Of a DNA stretch of 64,000 nt, positions 1 through 12,148 are shown piece by piece (within the stretch, counting starts at the first letter, position 1; each line of letters begins with the position of its first letter). Below the pieces are notes generated by a model. The model saw only the letters and a list, made by a program, of their open reading frames with translations, was not told where the DNA came from and searched no databases. The DNA is from Amphiscolops sp. MND2022. Lineage: Eukaryota. A program made the translations under genes and the position numbers. The stretch is taken from contig OZ076412.1 of the NCBI GenBank assembly GCA_964187785.1, positions 17,608,001 through 17,672,000 on the forward strand, read 5' to 3'.

Positions 1-14
1 ATACTCGACTGCCG

Positions 15-1160
15 TCAACACTTCCAACATATCGAAGATGTCCTGGTGTTCTTGCCGGAAACATTGCATAAAAACGTCCTCGTTGAGGCGCTGCACACAC
101 ATAAATTCCCGACCGTCATCGCGATTATCGCGCAAGACTCGGAGCTACCACCCACTACGGACAAAGGCAATCGCTGTGAATTGAGACAATGAGCGACTCG
201 TGCCAAGGGCACTAGCTCTACATCAGGCACCGGATGTTCCACGGATTGACATCCCACGCAAATGTTCTTCAGATAATTGCGTTCCCAACAGAGCACATAA
301 CTTCGTTCCTCAGTTCCAGACATCTCACATTGAATGACATACTCCTTGAGACTGGCTATACTTTTTAGCGTCATACAAAGCACCCGCAGATCAAGCCCCT
401 GACACAAGAAAGACTGAAACAAACGACGAACATGAAGAAATGCAAAACCAAGACGACCAATCACTACAACAAAGATAAAAGAAAAGATGCAAAACCAAAA
501 AAAACACATTACTAAGAGCAACAAACGACTAACAACGGTCTCAGAACCACTCCAATTCACTGCAAAGTCAAGTTTCTGGCTCCCGAAGGATGAACAGAAG
601 TGCCCCCATAGTCGCCGTAACAACGTAAAATCACCGCCGCTCTGCAGGAGATCGCAGAAACTGGAAACGAGCGTCATGAATGGCACTCGAGACGTCACTG
701 TAGCGTGTTTGGGTACAAGAATCTTCGGAAAGGGATACCTTTCCGCCGAATCTACAAAAGCCCGAGATTTGTAATCTGCCAGCTGACTCTCCGATAACGT
801 CATCGGCTTCATAAGCCGATTCAAAACAGGACGTCCCATGTGCACTCGATAAGTGACATCTTTTATCCAATGCCCGTCGCTCCTAAAGTGCCGAGCGAAC
901 TCGCCAGATCCTTGAGCTTTCATGCCAATATCACGTTGACACGAACATGAGAAGAACTTCTTGCCAGAACCACATTTTGAGCCTGACGCGAAGTCGCGGT
1001 AAACAGGATGCAAGTTCAACATATCGCGCCGCAACGTGTTTAGGCTACTGCAATTCTTTTTTTTTGGTGGCACTGAGACTTCCACCCTGGCAGTGAGATC
1101 TTGAAAGCCTACAACAACAAACGAACACTCAACAGGAGCAAAAGGACAAGCAAAACGCAC
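15..1160 (-). CDS. Intron-containing gene with N-terminal C2H2/BED-like zinc finger, possibly DNA-transposase (hAT-like) derived; runs off the window
   Basis: 381-aa ORF with FSCSCQRDIGMKAQGSGEFARHFRSDGH (C..C...H...H spacing like the Zn finger N-terminal to hAT transposases). The hydrophobic run in the ORF coincides with an in-frame 120-nt GT-AG intron (GTTAGT at 533, TTTCAG ending 414). Further exon-like blocks with GT donors at ~1230-1330, ~1545-1665 and ~1745-1900. No catalytic DDE core recognised. Confidence 0.35.
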   Translation of the reverse strand: MRFACPFAPVECSFVVVGFQDLTARVEVSVPPKKKNCSSLNTLRRDMLNLHPVYRDFASGSKCGSGKKFFSCSCQRDIGMKAQGSGEFARHFRSDGHWIKDVTYRVHMGRPVLNRLMKPMTLSESQLADYKSRAFVDSAERYPFPKILVPKHATVTSRVPFMTLVSSFCDLLQSGGDFTLLRRLWGHFCSSFGSQKLDFAVNWSGSETVVSRLLLLVMCFFWFCIFSFIFVVVIGRLGFAFLHVRRLFQSFLCQGLDLRVLCMTLKSIASLKEYVIQCEMSGTEERSYVLCWERNYLKNICVGCQSVEHPVPDVELVPLARVAHCLNSQRLPLSVVGGSSESCAIIAMTVGNLCVCSASTRTFLCNVSGKNTRTSSICWKC

Positions 1161-2704
1161 CCGATACGGAGGACACTAAACAACGCCCTCGGAACACAGT
1201 CAACAGACACAGCAAAATATGTGTCGACTATATACATACCGCTTTGAATAGTCTGCGTTGTAAGATTCTCCACCTCATCCACCAGTTGCTGACCTAAAAA
1301 CCTCACATCCAGGGTACTCATCGCCATCCCACCGGACTATACAAGGGATCTTCATCTTACCCACATATACCCTCACCTATATCACCTATTCATCTTACCC
1401 TCACCTATATCACCTTACCCACATAAAGATTATACAAGGACCAACACGTTCTCCTCTTTTTTTGTCCACACTGAATGATTGGAAAATGATGACCATGAGT
1501 TCGGCTAAGTGAACCTTGATAACACATAAAAACAATACTAACTAATCCAAACCTCCGGGTCTGCCGTCAAACGAGGAGGAGATAGTAAAAGTTGCGCAGA
1601 TCTCCTTGCACGCTTTGAAGGCGTCACAATTTTGACACCGGGTTTCCGCTGGACACCCGTCCGTGAATCTAATAACACAACACACCCTAATTGACATCAC
1701 GAACACACTACGGAACTAATCAATGCAAATCAAAACAGCACACTACCCGCTCTGCTCTCTAGCGGGGGGATCAGCCTCATTTTCGTGAGGCTCTTACCAA
1801 CTGCGAGGAACAGTCGGGAATCAGTCACTGCCTCAATTAAGCCAGCCTGATCAACAGCAAGGGAACTGGCGATCGGAACCTCAGCAGAAACAGGTTTAAT
1901 CTAGGAAAAATAAAGTTTCAAGTTTTCGAAAAAAAGTTTTAAAAGAGTCGCAATAATGACGCAGGGGTAAAGGAATCTATGCGGCTTTATATGTGTTTGA
2001 AATGAGTCTCAATTGTCACCAAGTGTAAACAGAAATTAAAGAGGTTTAACAATTAGTTAGATTTCGGAAATTAAACTCAAATGAGGTAATAACTAAAATT
2101 AAATAAATGTGTTGAAATGCGTTAAATTTTCTGTGTTGAGTTTTCTGTTTTTTTACTACATGTTGAATTTTCTGTGTTGAGTTTTCTTGCGTTAAGTTTT
2201 CATGTGCTGAGTTTTCCGATGAATTGATGAGTTTTCCTCTTTTGATCAACTAGCATGATCGTTATTTTCATTTGTGTCGCTATAAGAACGTGTTTTGTGT
2301 CAATTCACTGCAATGACAAGCATGTTTTTATAGCAGATTCATTCAAAAAATTTTGGTTCGACCAACGTCATGCTTGACGATAACACTCAAATTGCAATTC
2401 GAAATATTAATTGTCCTTTTCGCTGTGAAATATGGAAAGCCGATGAATACCACCTGCTACTAGTTTGCAAGTACTTTTCCATCACCGTGAAAGACATCTG
2501 TCACAGCCCGCTCCCGTCTGTTATCGCTTTGAATGAGATTACAATTAAATTTGCTTTGATGAACTAATTAGAATAATTTTTGTGACGTCATAAAGACAGC
2601 TACGCTAGCAATGCGTTGGTATTTGGAATGATTTTTGCGACGTCTTTAGTACGAGAATTGGAATGATTTTTGAGCTTGCCGTAATACCGCCGTAAACCAC
2701 CGCT

Positions 2705-2840
2705 CAGCTATGCCTAATTTTAATACGTACGGAGCAGTTACGAGGAAAATACAGCTATGCCTAATCTTAATACGTACGGAGTGACTACGGAGTGAATTGT
2801 AAGCTGGCAAAGCAAAACTTAATCTTAATACGTACGGAGC
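2705..2840. repeat. Three degenerate copies of a ~30-bp motif (CAGCTATGCCTAATyTTAATACGTACGGAG)
   Basis: Copies start at ~2705 and ~2752, partial third at ~2819; core TAATACGTACGGAG is shared. Confidence 0.7.
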
Positions 2841-3811
2841 AATTTTACGATTGTAGTTACAAAATTAGGGAATTGAACACAATTTAGTATGAAATTTCCT
2901 CAGTAATTGATTATTGCAAAGATTTTGTGAATAGAATGCAACGTAAGGACAACGTCATATGAATACATGCTTGTTTCAGATGAAATTCATGCCAGTGTTT
3001 TTATTGAGTGTTCTGCATTTATACTATTGAATCGAAAATGTCAATCGAGGTAATAACCTGTTTATGTCATTAACCGATAATCTGATTAGCATTTTTCAAA
3101 GTGTGGAAGTTTTAGACCGAAAGGTCTCCGTTGTTTCAATATTTATGTGATCGTATGCTTAGCATAGATATATTTCGTCGTTTTATGTTCCTCCTAATAA
3201 TAATGGCAATAACTGGAAACTGTTATTCCGGCATCATTTGTTCCTTTTCATCAGTAATCAAATGTTTCCGCTCTCAAAATTATTCACTCCGTCTCAGTTA
3301 CGCCTTCATTTTTGCTAGTCATACTTTTGTCTTGAGCACTTGAATTCCCAACTTGGAAATTGACAAATTGATCACGCCGGCGTGCCTCCGTCGATGAAAA
3401 TATCAAACCGGCTCTCGTTTTGCCGCCGTTTTGACGTTCAAACAGGAAGTATATTGTTTGAACAGAAATGATTTCAACAATTGTTACGGAAGGACGACGC
3501 AACTAGGTTTTTCGATACCTGATTTTGTGACGCGGAACTGAAAAGAAATTAATCAACTGGGTTTTTGTGTGAACAAATTCGATTTTTATGATACCTAGGA
3601 ATTTTTAGGTGAGGGAAAAATGATGCTAGGAAAGTATAAACATGATCGTTGTTGAACTGTTATACACCGTCGTTAAAACAATTTTTTTGGAATTTCAAAT
3701 TTTTTCAAACTCCTTGTCTCGACTCAAATATAAAAACTCGTAGTCGGAAAAGCCTGAAAATATATTCATTGCACCTACATCAACTTCTATAAAAAACTAA
3801 AACGACTTCCC

Positions 3812-5031
3812 AAAATAACACTCCGCTAGGTAGTCGTAACATGGTGACAGGAGTTAAAACGATTCCACGAACGACCAAATCGACATCAACAGATGCGCAA
3901 CACGAATAGAACAGAAGCAAGGAGGACAGTCAAACTCAATCAGAACATCGGAACGAGAAAAGATTACGAACGGAAATCGTAAGTGGTTACTTTAGAATGT
4001 AACGATTGCTGTTACGTTTTGACCTCGAAAATGAGCAGTCAGTAACTGAAATTCACTTTCAAAAACTGTCCCAACATTGAACATCTTATTGTGGTCGAAA
4101 AAGACTCGTGTAATTATTACCTTTTCCAGAAAAATGGATCACGGTATCTTTTTTTCACCAAACTCGTCCCCGACTGAAAACTTTAAGCCAAGACTGCATG
4201 ACGTGATAATCAAGACAGTGGAGGAGAATGGAGGCAACCCCACAGCATCAGAATAAAATTCACCCGTATTGGTAGCAGGAACAGCTAGGGAAGTGCCAGG
4301 TTGAGTTACTGAAAATAAAGATCTGGATTCAGACGCGTCAGGAAATCTGGTAAAACTGAATTGGCTGATCACCAAAAAACATCAGTCCAAACACCCATGG
4401 AAGTCAGAAAGATTTTACCAACCTGAGGCAACACGTACAACTTCCACCTCCGATTCGACAACGTAATCATCGGAGTATTTGTGTACAGTTTCGTTCCCAC
4501 TGCGGAAACCAGAGGCAGCAACAGTGATTGGGGGAAACAGCTTCTTCGTCTTCCATCGATAGCAGGAAACTGGAAATTTCTTCAAACTAAATGTCGACTG
4601 ATAAATGCAGGAATGCCTACCCAGCAAACACAAGCAAATCTTTTCTGCATGTTTTCTACGTTACACAACTCTCCTAAAATGTTCCGTAAGACACCCACAA
4701 ATCATTGAGCCAGTACCGAAATGAAAGACCATACCTCTGGCAGTTTTACTCCAAAAGAGGGGGAAACATCTCGCCCGAACGATATGTACCAATTTTACCC
4801 GGATCAGTATAACACTGAGCAAGGACAGAGAGAACATCTTCATGAACGGGAAGCTGACGTTGGGCGACGGGACAGGAATCCAGGTCTTGGTACTATGATT
4901 GATTCTTAATCAGCGCCAGAAAATCTAAGTTGTGACTCACATAGTGAAACTGGACATTTTATCAAGGTAAGAATCACAAATCTTAATGGAAGGGATTACC
5001 AAAAATAACACTCCGCTAGGTAGTCGTAACA
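3812..5031 (+). mobile_element. Heavily deleted LTR-retrotransposon relic (LTR end - PBS - internal fragment - LTR end)
   Basis: Identical 30-bp direct repeat AAAATAACACTCCGCTAGGTAGTCGTAACA at 3812-3841 and 5002-5031, ending in CA. The first copy is followed immediately by PBS-like TGGTGACAGGAGT (3842-3854, resembles the complement of a tRNA-Leu 3' end). TGTAACGACTACC at 5284 is nearly the inverted terminus. Confidence 0.5.
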
Positions 5032-6409
5032 ACATCTTCTGCAATGTTTTTGTAATTACCCCGATTTGATAAAAATAGACCAGCTGATGAATACCGTAAA
5101 TGTTGACCAAATATATATCCTTTCTGTTTTATGCAATATTATCTGCAACGCGGGTGCTGCTATTACCAATGAAAATAGTACTTAAGTTTGTCATTTGTTC
5201 GCCCTTGGGCAACAAATTAATTCAATCTTCTTCTTTTCGCAAATCACACACAAAACTCCGAACTATTTTTTTTCAGCGACCAATGTAACGACTACCTGTG
5301 GTCATGCCAATTTTAGTACAATGATGACAACATAAAGAAATTGAAAAAGCTGTGGGAACTTCGAATGACCAATGGCGTGGCTCTCGAGATTTGTTACAGA
5401 CGCCATTTAGCCTGGTACGCAAAAGCAGAGAACACACAGATGCCTAGTGCGAGACAATAGAGCAAGAAATCGCGGAATCAAGTGCCAATCCCGCAGAGAA
5501 ACATGTGTTTCCGTTGCCTCGGCGAATTTTTACTGCATTTAACTTTTTAGACTTATATTGGGTACCAAATGTGGTAGGAAGCACAAAATGCGGCAAATTG
5601 CTTAATTTTTCTTCTCAATGCTAGACGTTCCAGCTCGCGGTCCAGCTGTGATGTATCCTGTTTTTTTTTCGTGCACGATATTGTTGTGGAGCTAAGATTA
5701 GGTGATTGTGATTTTACTGGTTTTTTACCGTCTTCAGCAAACTCCTCATCATTTGTCCATAGTTTTGAGACTTGAACTGGAGTCAATGGGATGGCATCAT
5801 AAGAAGATAGATCCCGGGTTTTTTGTTCAGGCTTCTCCCACCGTTCGCAACGGCAAGCTACTAAGTATTGGACTTCGGGAACTTTTGTTTCTTACGATGT
5901 TCATATCTTTGTTTTCCAGAACTGATGCGCGAATGCGTTATACAATTTGTTCCTTAAAGACAGACCGTTTTGCGTCAAATGGAAGTCGCCCCAAGTACAA
6001 GCCGCTTTCGAATAGAAGCCGCAATTGGACGAATTTTGTTTGAAAAGTCTGCCCTAAACAGAAGCGGCTGGTTGGAATTGAATAACCTTGGTATATATTC
6101 AAAATGCGCCCTGAAAAGAACCGAAATACCTTCAATTTCATTTCATAGCCTTTAGCTTTCCGTTCTATTCATTTTAGTTTTCCATTCTATAGATTGTCAC
6201 CTATGGGCCACCATGGATGTTCGTTTGATTCCGAATCATGTTCCATTACATGGCTCATGGCATAGAAAATCAGGAATCATTGATGGGAAACCTAAGACCA
6301 TCGATGTGGGGTATCGACTTTAAATGTAGAAAAAGTTGAAGAATATTATTTTTAAAAAATGATATAAAATTTTCATATTTTTCAAAATCTAAATCCCCAT
6401 TTCTTTTTT

Positions 6410-8978
6410 CTATGCGAAAATTACGTTCCACAATTTGTCAATGGACTGTTTAATGTTGGAAGTTCCGTACTGCGGGTAGTTCTGAATCAGCTCCTCGATA
6501 AGTTGTTCACGTGACTCTAGCATCTCCCTCACAGTCGCATCATCGGAGCCTGCGTGTCTTTTCTCCAAGTTTCTGTACACACAAGGCTTGCCCTGTGGAA
6601 AGCCCACAATGAAAAAGAGCTGCATCCAAAAATTCACACCTTTCTCGACTCCCGGTCCTTTTTCACCGCTGGTCGCAGATGGAAACTTCTCCATCACGAT
6701 ACTGAGACCATCGTCGGATAGAACATTCACTTTTTCGGGCACTTGTTTTATCCGGTAGAAGTAAAAAGCGTCGTCCGGCTTGTTCTCCATTTTTCCAGTG
6801 AACCGCAAAATGTCGTCTCCTTCTTTTTTGAATTTGTTGAACATGTAAAATGAGTCATAGCATTCTGATTCCTCGCCTTCTGCGGCGAATGCGTGAAGAG
6901 GTATGGGCTGCATTAAAGGAGAAAGTCTGGTCCCAAAATCCAAGAGGTAACGGTCGCCCTGTAGCAGTGACGCTCATTTATAATTTTAAAAAAATTGTAC
7001 CAAGAGTCATTTTTTCGCAAATCGAAAGTGAAAATGATTGTTTTGTTTCAGCAAATACGTTTTAAGAGGTCGAAGACTCGAAAAGCAGTTATGTTCCTTC
7101 TACGTCATTTTGGGTGGTAAAAGTAAAATGACATATGTAATATTATGCATTGTTTTGTATCATCCAAATAAATCAATTTTTCTTTTCTTATTTTCAACAA
7201 AACAGCTTCGTGAGCTTCATGAAACACAAGCGTGGAATGAAACACTTTGTGGGATGATTTTTTTGAACAGCAAAGCAAAAAAACTAAATTAAGAGTTTAG
7301 GGTTTAGGTAGCGACTGCCCATATCGTTGGAATAATTTGCTTTCACTTGAATTGCCAAAACTCGACATGCAAAACATGTTAAATTACATTTTTAGTCGGC
7401 GCTTTCAATCATAAAAGAGCCCAACTTTTACAGTCATTTGTTTTCATTTCTTTAAGACAGACTCTAAGCGAAGAAATTTTTGTTCACTTTATTCAACTAA
7501 ACGAATACCGGAGAAACGCATCTACTTAGTAAGTTATCGCAAAGGTTCCCCCTTTCAGTTTTCACTTTTTAAACGTAACATACAAAACCGGATGAGACTA
7601 AAGGATCCCCCTTTCAATTTTTTTCGGCGCTGTAAGATTTTGTTTCGGTTTTTTGTCTTCAAAGAGCCCCCCACTTCGATTTTGTTGAAGTCTCCCCTCG
7701 TAATATGCGGAGTTAAGCGCTATATCCGAACTTTTGACATTATATCCGAACTATATTGCGTTTTTGTAAGGAGGAGGAGGCGGAGGTCTGGAAACAGGAC
7801 TTTTTCATGAAAACGTCCTGCGCATATTTCAATCCTGCTCTTTTTGAACCTTAGATGTAGCGCCGACTTTAGACGTTCCCGTTTTGTTCATTTAAACTGT
7901 CATATAGTACATGTATTTTATAAAATTGAGCATCACTTCCCTGTTGGGTAACATTTTGCACTATGGTCACGAAATGAAGTATCTGGGAGCCATTTCTGTT
8001 CTGAACATGAGTCACTGTGACGTAACTGTCGAATCCCAACTGTTGAAGAACCATCTGGGCTCCTATCGACTGGACGAAACAAGCCCCACCCTTTTTCTCT
8101 TCCAGTTCTCTCATCACCCATTCTAGAGGAATTGATGTAATCTCCACTTTCTCTTGTGTATTCTAAAACTTCCAAAATAGTGAAAAGTGTGTTTTAATGC
8201 TGAGTAATCACTTAGCTACTTTTTGTCTTAAGATAAAAAATATTTTTACATGCTTTATTGTCGTGACAGTGTAATACCAGTACACTCTGAAATGAAAACT
8301 GTCACAAACGGTTTCTTTGATTGATTAGTTTCCCATGTTGAGCTTTCTTTCAGAGTCTCTACACTTCTGCGAGCCAATTTTGCTTGAGGATCTGTAAAGA
8401 TCGCGTCACTGCAGATATCCAAAGATCTTTACAGATGTTCAAAGATTTTCTGTATAAATTGTCCAGGAAAATTTTTTCCGGACCTTCTAGTGAAACTATG
8501 TATTTCATTTTTGGATTTCATTTTTGCCCAAGGCTCAAGTCAGCTGAAACTATCCATCACTCAAAATTCTCTAGCTGGAAAGCTTGCCCCCAACTAATTT
8601 CAATTTCAAAAGTGTATTTATGACTGGTTAATTTCCGACAAGTCCTGGAATATCTGTCAGGATCTGTACAGATCTGTACAGATTCGCAGCGAGTGCTCAA
8701 CATAAATTGCAATCATGCTGTGGTTAACAATTGTTATCACAGACAGCCAGCTTGTTCTTGCATGCGAGGGAAGCGGACAAGCAAAAACCAACCAATAGGA
8801 AGAGCAGAGTAGTGTAGTTAGTGAAGGGTTCGTTCTGGTAGAATCTCTCCGAAAACAGTTTCAGAAAAGATAGTCTATCAGCCTCTCTCGATTCAATTTC
8901 ATGGTCAGAAAAGCCCAAAATGTTCTTCACGAAATTTATTGCTCGGGTTAAACTCACAATTGAACTGCTCATCTTCAT
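6410..8978 (-). CDS. NAT: Arylamine N-acetyltransferase-like protein, 3 exons (8978-8793, 8162-7941, 6958-6410), ~318 aa
   Basis: The spliced product reads ...ERFYQNEPFTNYTTLL / ...EEKKGGACFVQSIGAQMVLQQLGFD...ILHFVTIVQNVTQQ / GDRYLLDFGTRLSPLMQPIPL..., matching the NAT motifs PFEN, RGGxC (catalytic Cys), LGF, HxxxxV (His) and YLxDxG (Asp) in order. All junctions are phase 0: donor GTTGGT at 8792, acceptors TTTTAG/8162 and CTACAG/6958. The second donor is non-canonical (see findings). Confidence 0.8.
7550..7880 (-). repeat. Dispersed repeat family copy inside NAT intron 2
   Basis: The reverse complement shares AATCTyACAGCGCCGAAAAAAAT..AAAGGGGG and AAGTCGGCGCTA..TCTAAGG.TCAAAAAG with 21689-21960; related pieces at ~48500-48580 and ~50820-50950. 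Confidence 0.65.
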
Positions 8979-9028
8979 AAAAGAAAGATCACTGACAAAA
9001 TGAGACAATCAATGATGGTTTTACACGT

Positions 9029-9600
9029 TGTTACGAAACGAAGTATATATTATGGTGTAAATTCACTAAATTCCATATTGAATTTCAACAACAAGACAAC
9101 TTAGAGATTCCACTCCATTTACGGCGTCCGAACTTCTGTAAAGCTATGGCTCGAACTATCAAGTCAACTATCAAGTCAATTATCAAGTCAACAAAGCAAA
9201 AGATCACATTGACTGTCATTCAATCATCGCATTCAGACATCAACGTGAAGATAGAATGAAAGGCTTACAGTGAACTTTGGACACTAAAGCGAAGCGCTTT
9301 TAAAGAGTTTGCATGAACATTTCAGTCGAATGATTTGCTATTGAAACGTGAAACTCACTTTTGCGGAACGTACAATGTTGCTGTTGGTGAAAAATTGGAA
9401 GCTAGATATTGTATTCTCAGAAAACAGGAATTGTTCTAGAATTTGTATTGTAGCTTTGTATCTAAAATGTAAATACAACGAACATAAAATGATACAACAA
9501 ATTTAAATATTTAGTTTCTTTTTGTAAGTAAACAACTAGCAGGTATGGTCTGTGACCGAAACGCGGTAGAGGCTACATTGATCGCATTAACTGTAAGACA
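9029..9600 (-). mobile_element. 3' LTR of a minus-strand Ty3/Gypsy element
   Basis: On the minus strand a polypurine tract GGGAGAGAAGAGGAAA (9616-9601) is followed directly by TGT (9600); the segment ends ...CGTAACA at 9029 and lies downstream of the integrase relic at 9.7-11.8 kb. Confidence 0.6.
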
Positions 9601-9616
9601 TTTCCTCTTCTCTCCC

Positions 9617-11760
9617 GGACTGTCTACATTTGCGAAGTTCCGGGTCCTGGCGGTGTCATGTCTCCTGGCATGAAACCCGCGGGCTTCTGCACAAAGTCTG
9701 ATTTCGAGAAGCCCTTTCTTCTTTCTTCTGCTCGAGATGGGACTTGTAACAACTTAGGTTGATTAGTCATTACCGAAAGATATTGGTATGAGGCAACTGT
9801 CATATCTACTCATTTTACTAACAGTTCGACTAGAACGCCCTAAAGTTTATATATGACTCCCTCCTGCGGTAGTTCCCAGTCTCTGTGTATTTGAATTATG
9901 TCGTTCTCCGGGTCAGTGTGGATTGGAACGTATCTTCATTTCTCTCCGACGTGTCGTAACATTTCCCGGCATCCTCCAACATCACTTCGCCTTCTTCAAA
10001 ACCATCTTCGTCTTCTCCCGAATCTTGATCGTATTTTCTGTTTTGCACAATCCTCAATGGATTTCTCGTAGGATCACCGAGATATTCAGTGCTTTCGCGC
10101 TTCGGTTCTTTCGTTCGGTGTGAAACAATGGACCTGAGATAAGTTTTCGAGGAATTCTTTTCTCCGTGTCTCTTTCTACGATGTTTTCGGTTCTGCTAAT
10201 TACGGTTCCAAGTTATATTTTTGTTTGAAATCTACCTTCTAAGGATTTTCGATATTGATTCTTTTCAACAAGTTCGAATGTATATCCTACTGGAAATTTC
10301 TTTTTTGAAGACTTTGATTTCCAAGCCAATTGCTTTTTTCGCCATTATCATCTGGTTTGAGATGTCGAGATTTCGCCATCAGGATACCGGCCGACATTTA
10401 TAACCGGATTTTTGGTCTGTTTGGCGCTTAAAGAGATAATTTTAACCAATCTGATAACTATGAAAAATTGTCGTTTCTGATCTTTGTAATTTTGTATTTC
10501 GGCTTACCTTCCGTGGTGTAGTTCAAACGATGTTTTTTTTCAAAAATCACTTTCGATGCTCGAATAAAATTTTCTGTTGATCTTTCGCCGTCTACTATGT
10601 TTCCGATAATAAGTGTTTTCATAGTTTGTATCGCTCGTTCCACTGCTTTGTGATGCATTCGGTGTGAGCAGTATTCAATTTCGATGTTTACAAAATTTTT
10701 AATTTTCTTTTGATATAAACGACCGCCTTTAATCAGACATGATTTTGTTGGAATTACGTATAAATTGAAAGTACTTGTTACTAGATTTATAACTTCTTTC
10801 GTTTCAGAGGTTTTAGATATTTCCGAAGTCGTCGGACATCTGCCAAACCGATCTATTACAATTAATCTTTGCATTTATCTCCCACTCACGTTTTCCGGTA
10901 AAGTCTTTTCGTAGCCCTAGTATTGGTTCAGATAATGTTTTAGATTATCACATTATTTGGAAATTGGTACATGAGATTCTAACAAATCTGGCTGTATCCT
11001 CTTAGACCTTTTGTTTAATATCTGTCCGTATTTTCAGCTACCAGAACGTTTTTGCTTCAGCTGTCATCTTTGTAACACCGGAGTGGCCAAAGTGTAAAAT
11101 AGAGCAGTCTTTACTCAGAGTTTTACGGCATTGCGATTTAGTCATCCATCAATTCTAGGCCCCACCGAGTTGATAGTTTTTCCAAAACCTGTTTGTAGCC
11201 TTCCGATGACGCTTCCTTATCTTCTCGTTGCTTGCTTGACCGGACTCTCGTCATTTTGGAATCGGTGGCTGTTTTCAATATCAGGCTTTTTATATTCAGC
11301 ATAAAGTCGATTTCAACCTTTTTATGCACTCGTCTGTGTTTTTTGTTTGTCGTCAGCTGATAGACAATTGGAATGTGTTGGATCTAGTGGGATTATTCCC
11401 CTTTTGTGTTGTATTTGCTCAAGTCCACTAAAGGCAAAATGTCTCTTCTCACATGCTGTCCTTTTCGGTATCTACCGGATTTTGTTCGTTTTTGATCACA
11501 CTGTTTTCCGGGAGTTCGGCCTCTTCTTTTCCTGCTACTGGTAGTTTGACTGGTGTCAGCCTCCTATCTGGTTAGCTCTGTTGATTTCTGCAATCTGGAT
11601 TTCCGAAATTTCCGCAATCTCTTCGCGGCTTTTTACGATTATGACGCCGCAAATTGCGTCCATTGCGAGTATGGTTGGATCTCCTGCTCATAACTCTCGG
11701 TCTTGACAGCATTTCTTGTCTCTCCACTAATTTTCTCGTTTTGAGGTTTTCGTTTCTCCG
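9617..11760 (-). pseudogene. Ty3/Gypsy pol relic: linker, integrase Zn-binding domain and core
   Basis: Broken frames give GHSGVTKMTAEAKTFW (HHCC region), LIVIDRFGRCPT..TSETKEVI, and VERAIQTMK (integrase core E motif); many stops and frameshifts. Confidence 0.8.
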
Positions 11761-12148
11761 GCTGATACCTTGACTTGACTATAGTTTAACTTGACTTCAC
11801 GGTGCTAACATCGGACTGCTCGGGTATAAGTATTTCGTTCTATGGCTTTTTGTTCACATGGTAAGATGGCGCCAGCGATTCACACACCCCCAACTTCAGA
11901 TTCCCAAATCATTCGAAACTCATAATTGTAAGTCACTAAGCTGTTTTTCTGTGAATATTTGAACTCAAATGATCACTTTATTAATTGCGCCTAAGATTTG
12001 TTTCAAAGTTCATTGCACTTTGATTTCATTCAAATGAAGGCGTGATTCGAGTCGAACGTCATCTATTCAACCTATCGCTCAAATTGCCGTTCACATTGAC
12101 TGATTTACCTGACTATTGAACGTTTGGATGGAATTTCTAAACTGGAGG

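Noticed and set aside
1355-1425. CACCTATATCACC/TTCATCTTACCC micro-duplications
   Set aside because: Short slippage-type repeats in a probable intron; no sign of function.
2705-2840. CRISPR-like repeat-spacer pattern
   Set aside because: Only 2-3 degenerate repeats, short irregular spacers, no cas genes, eukaryotic context.
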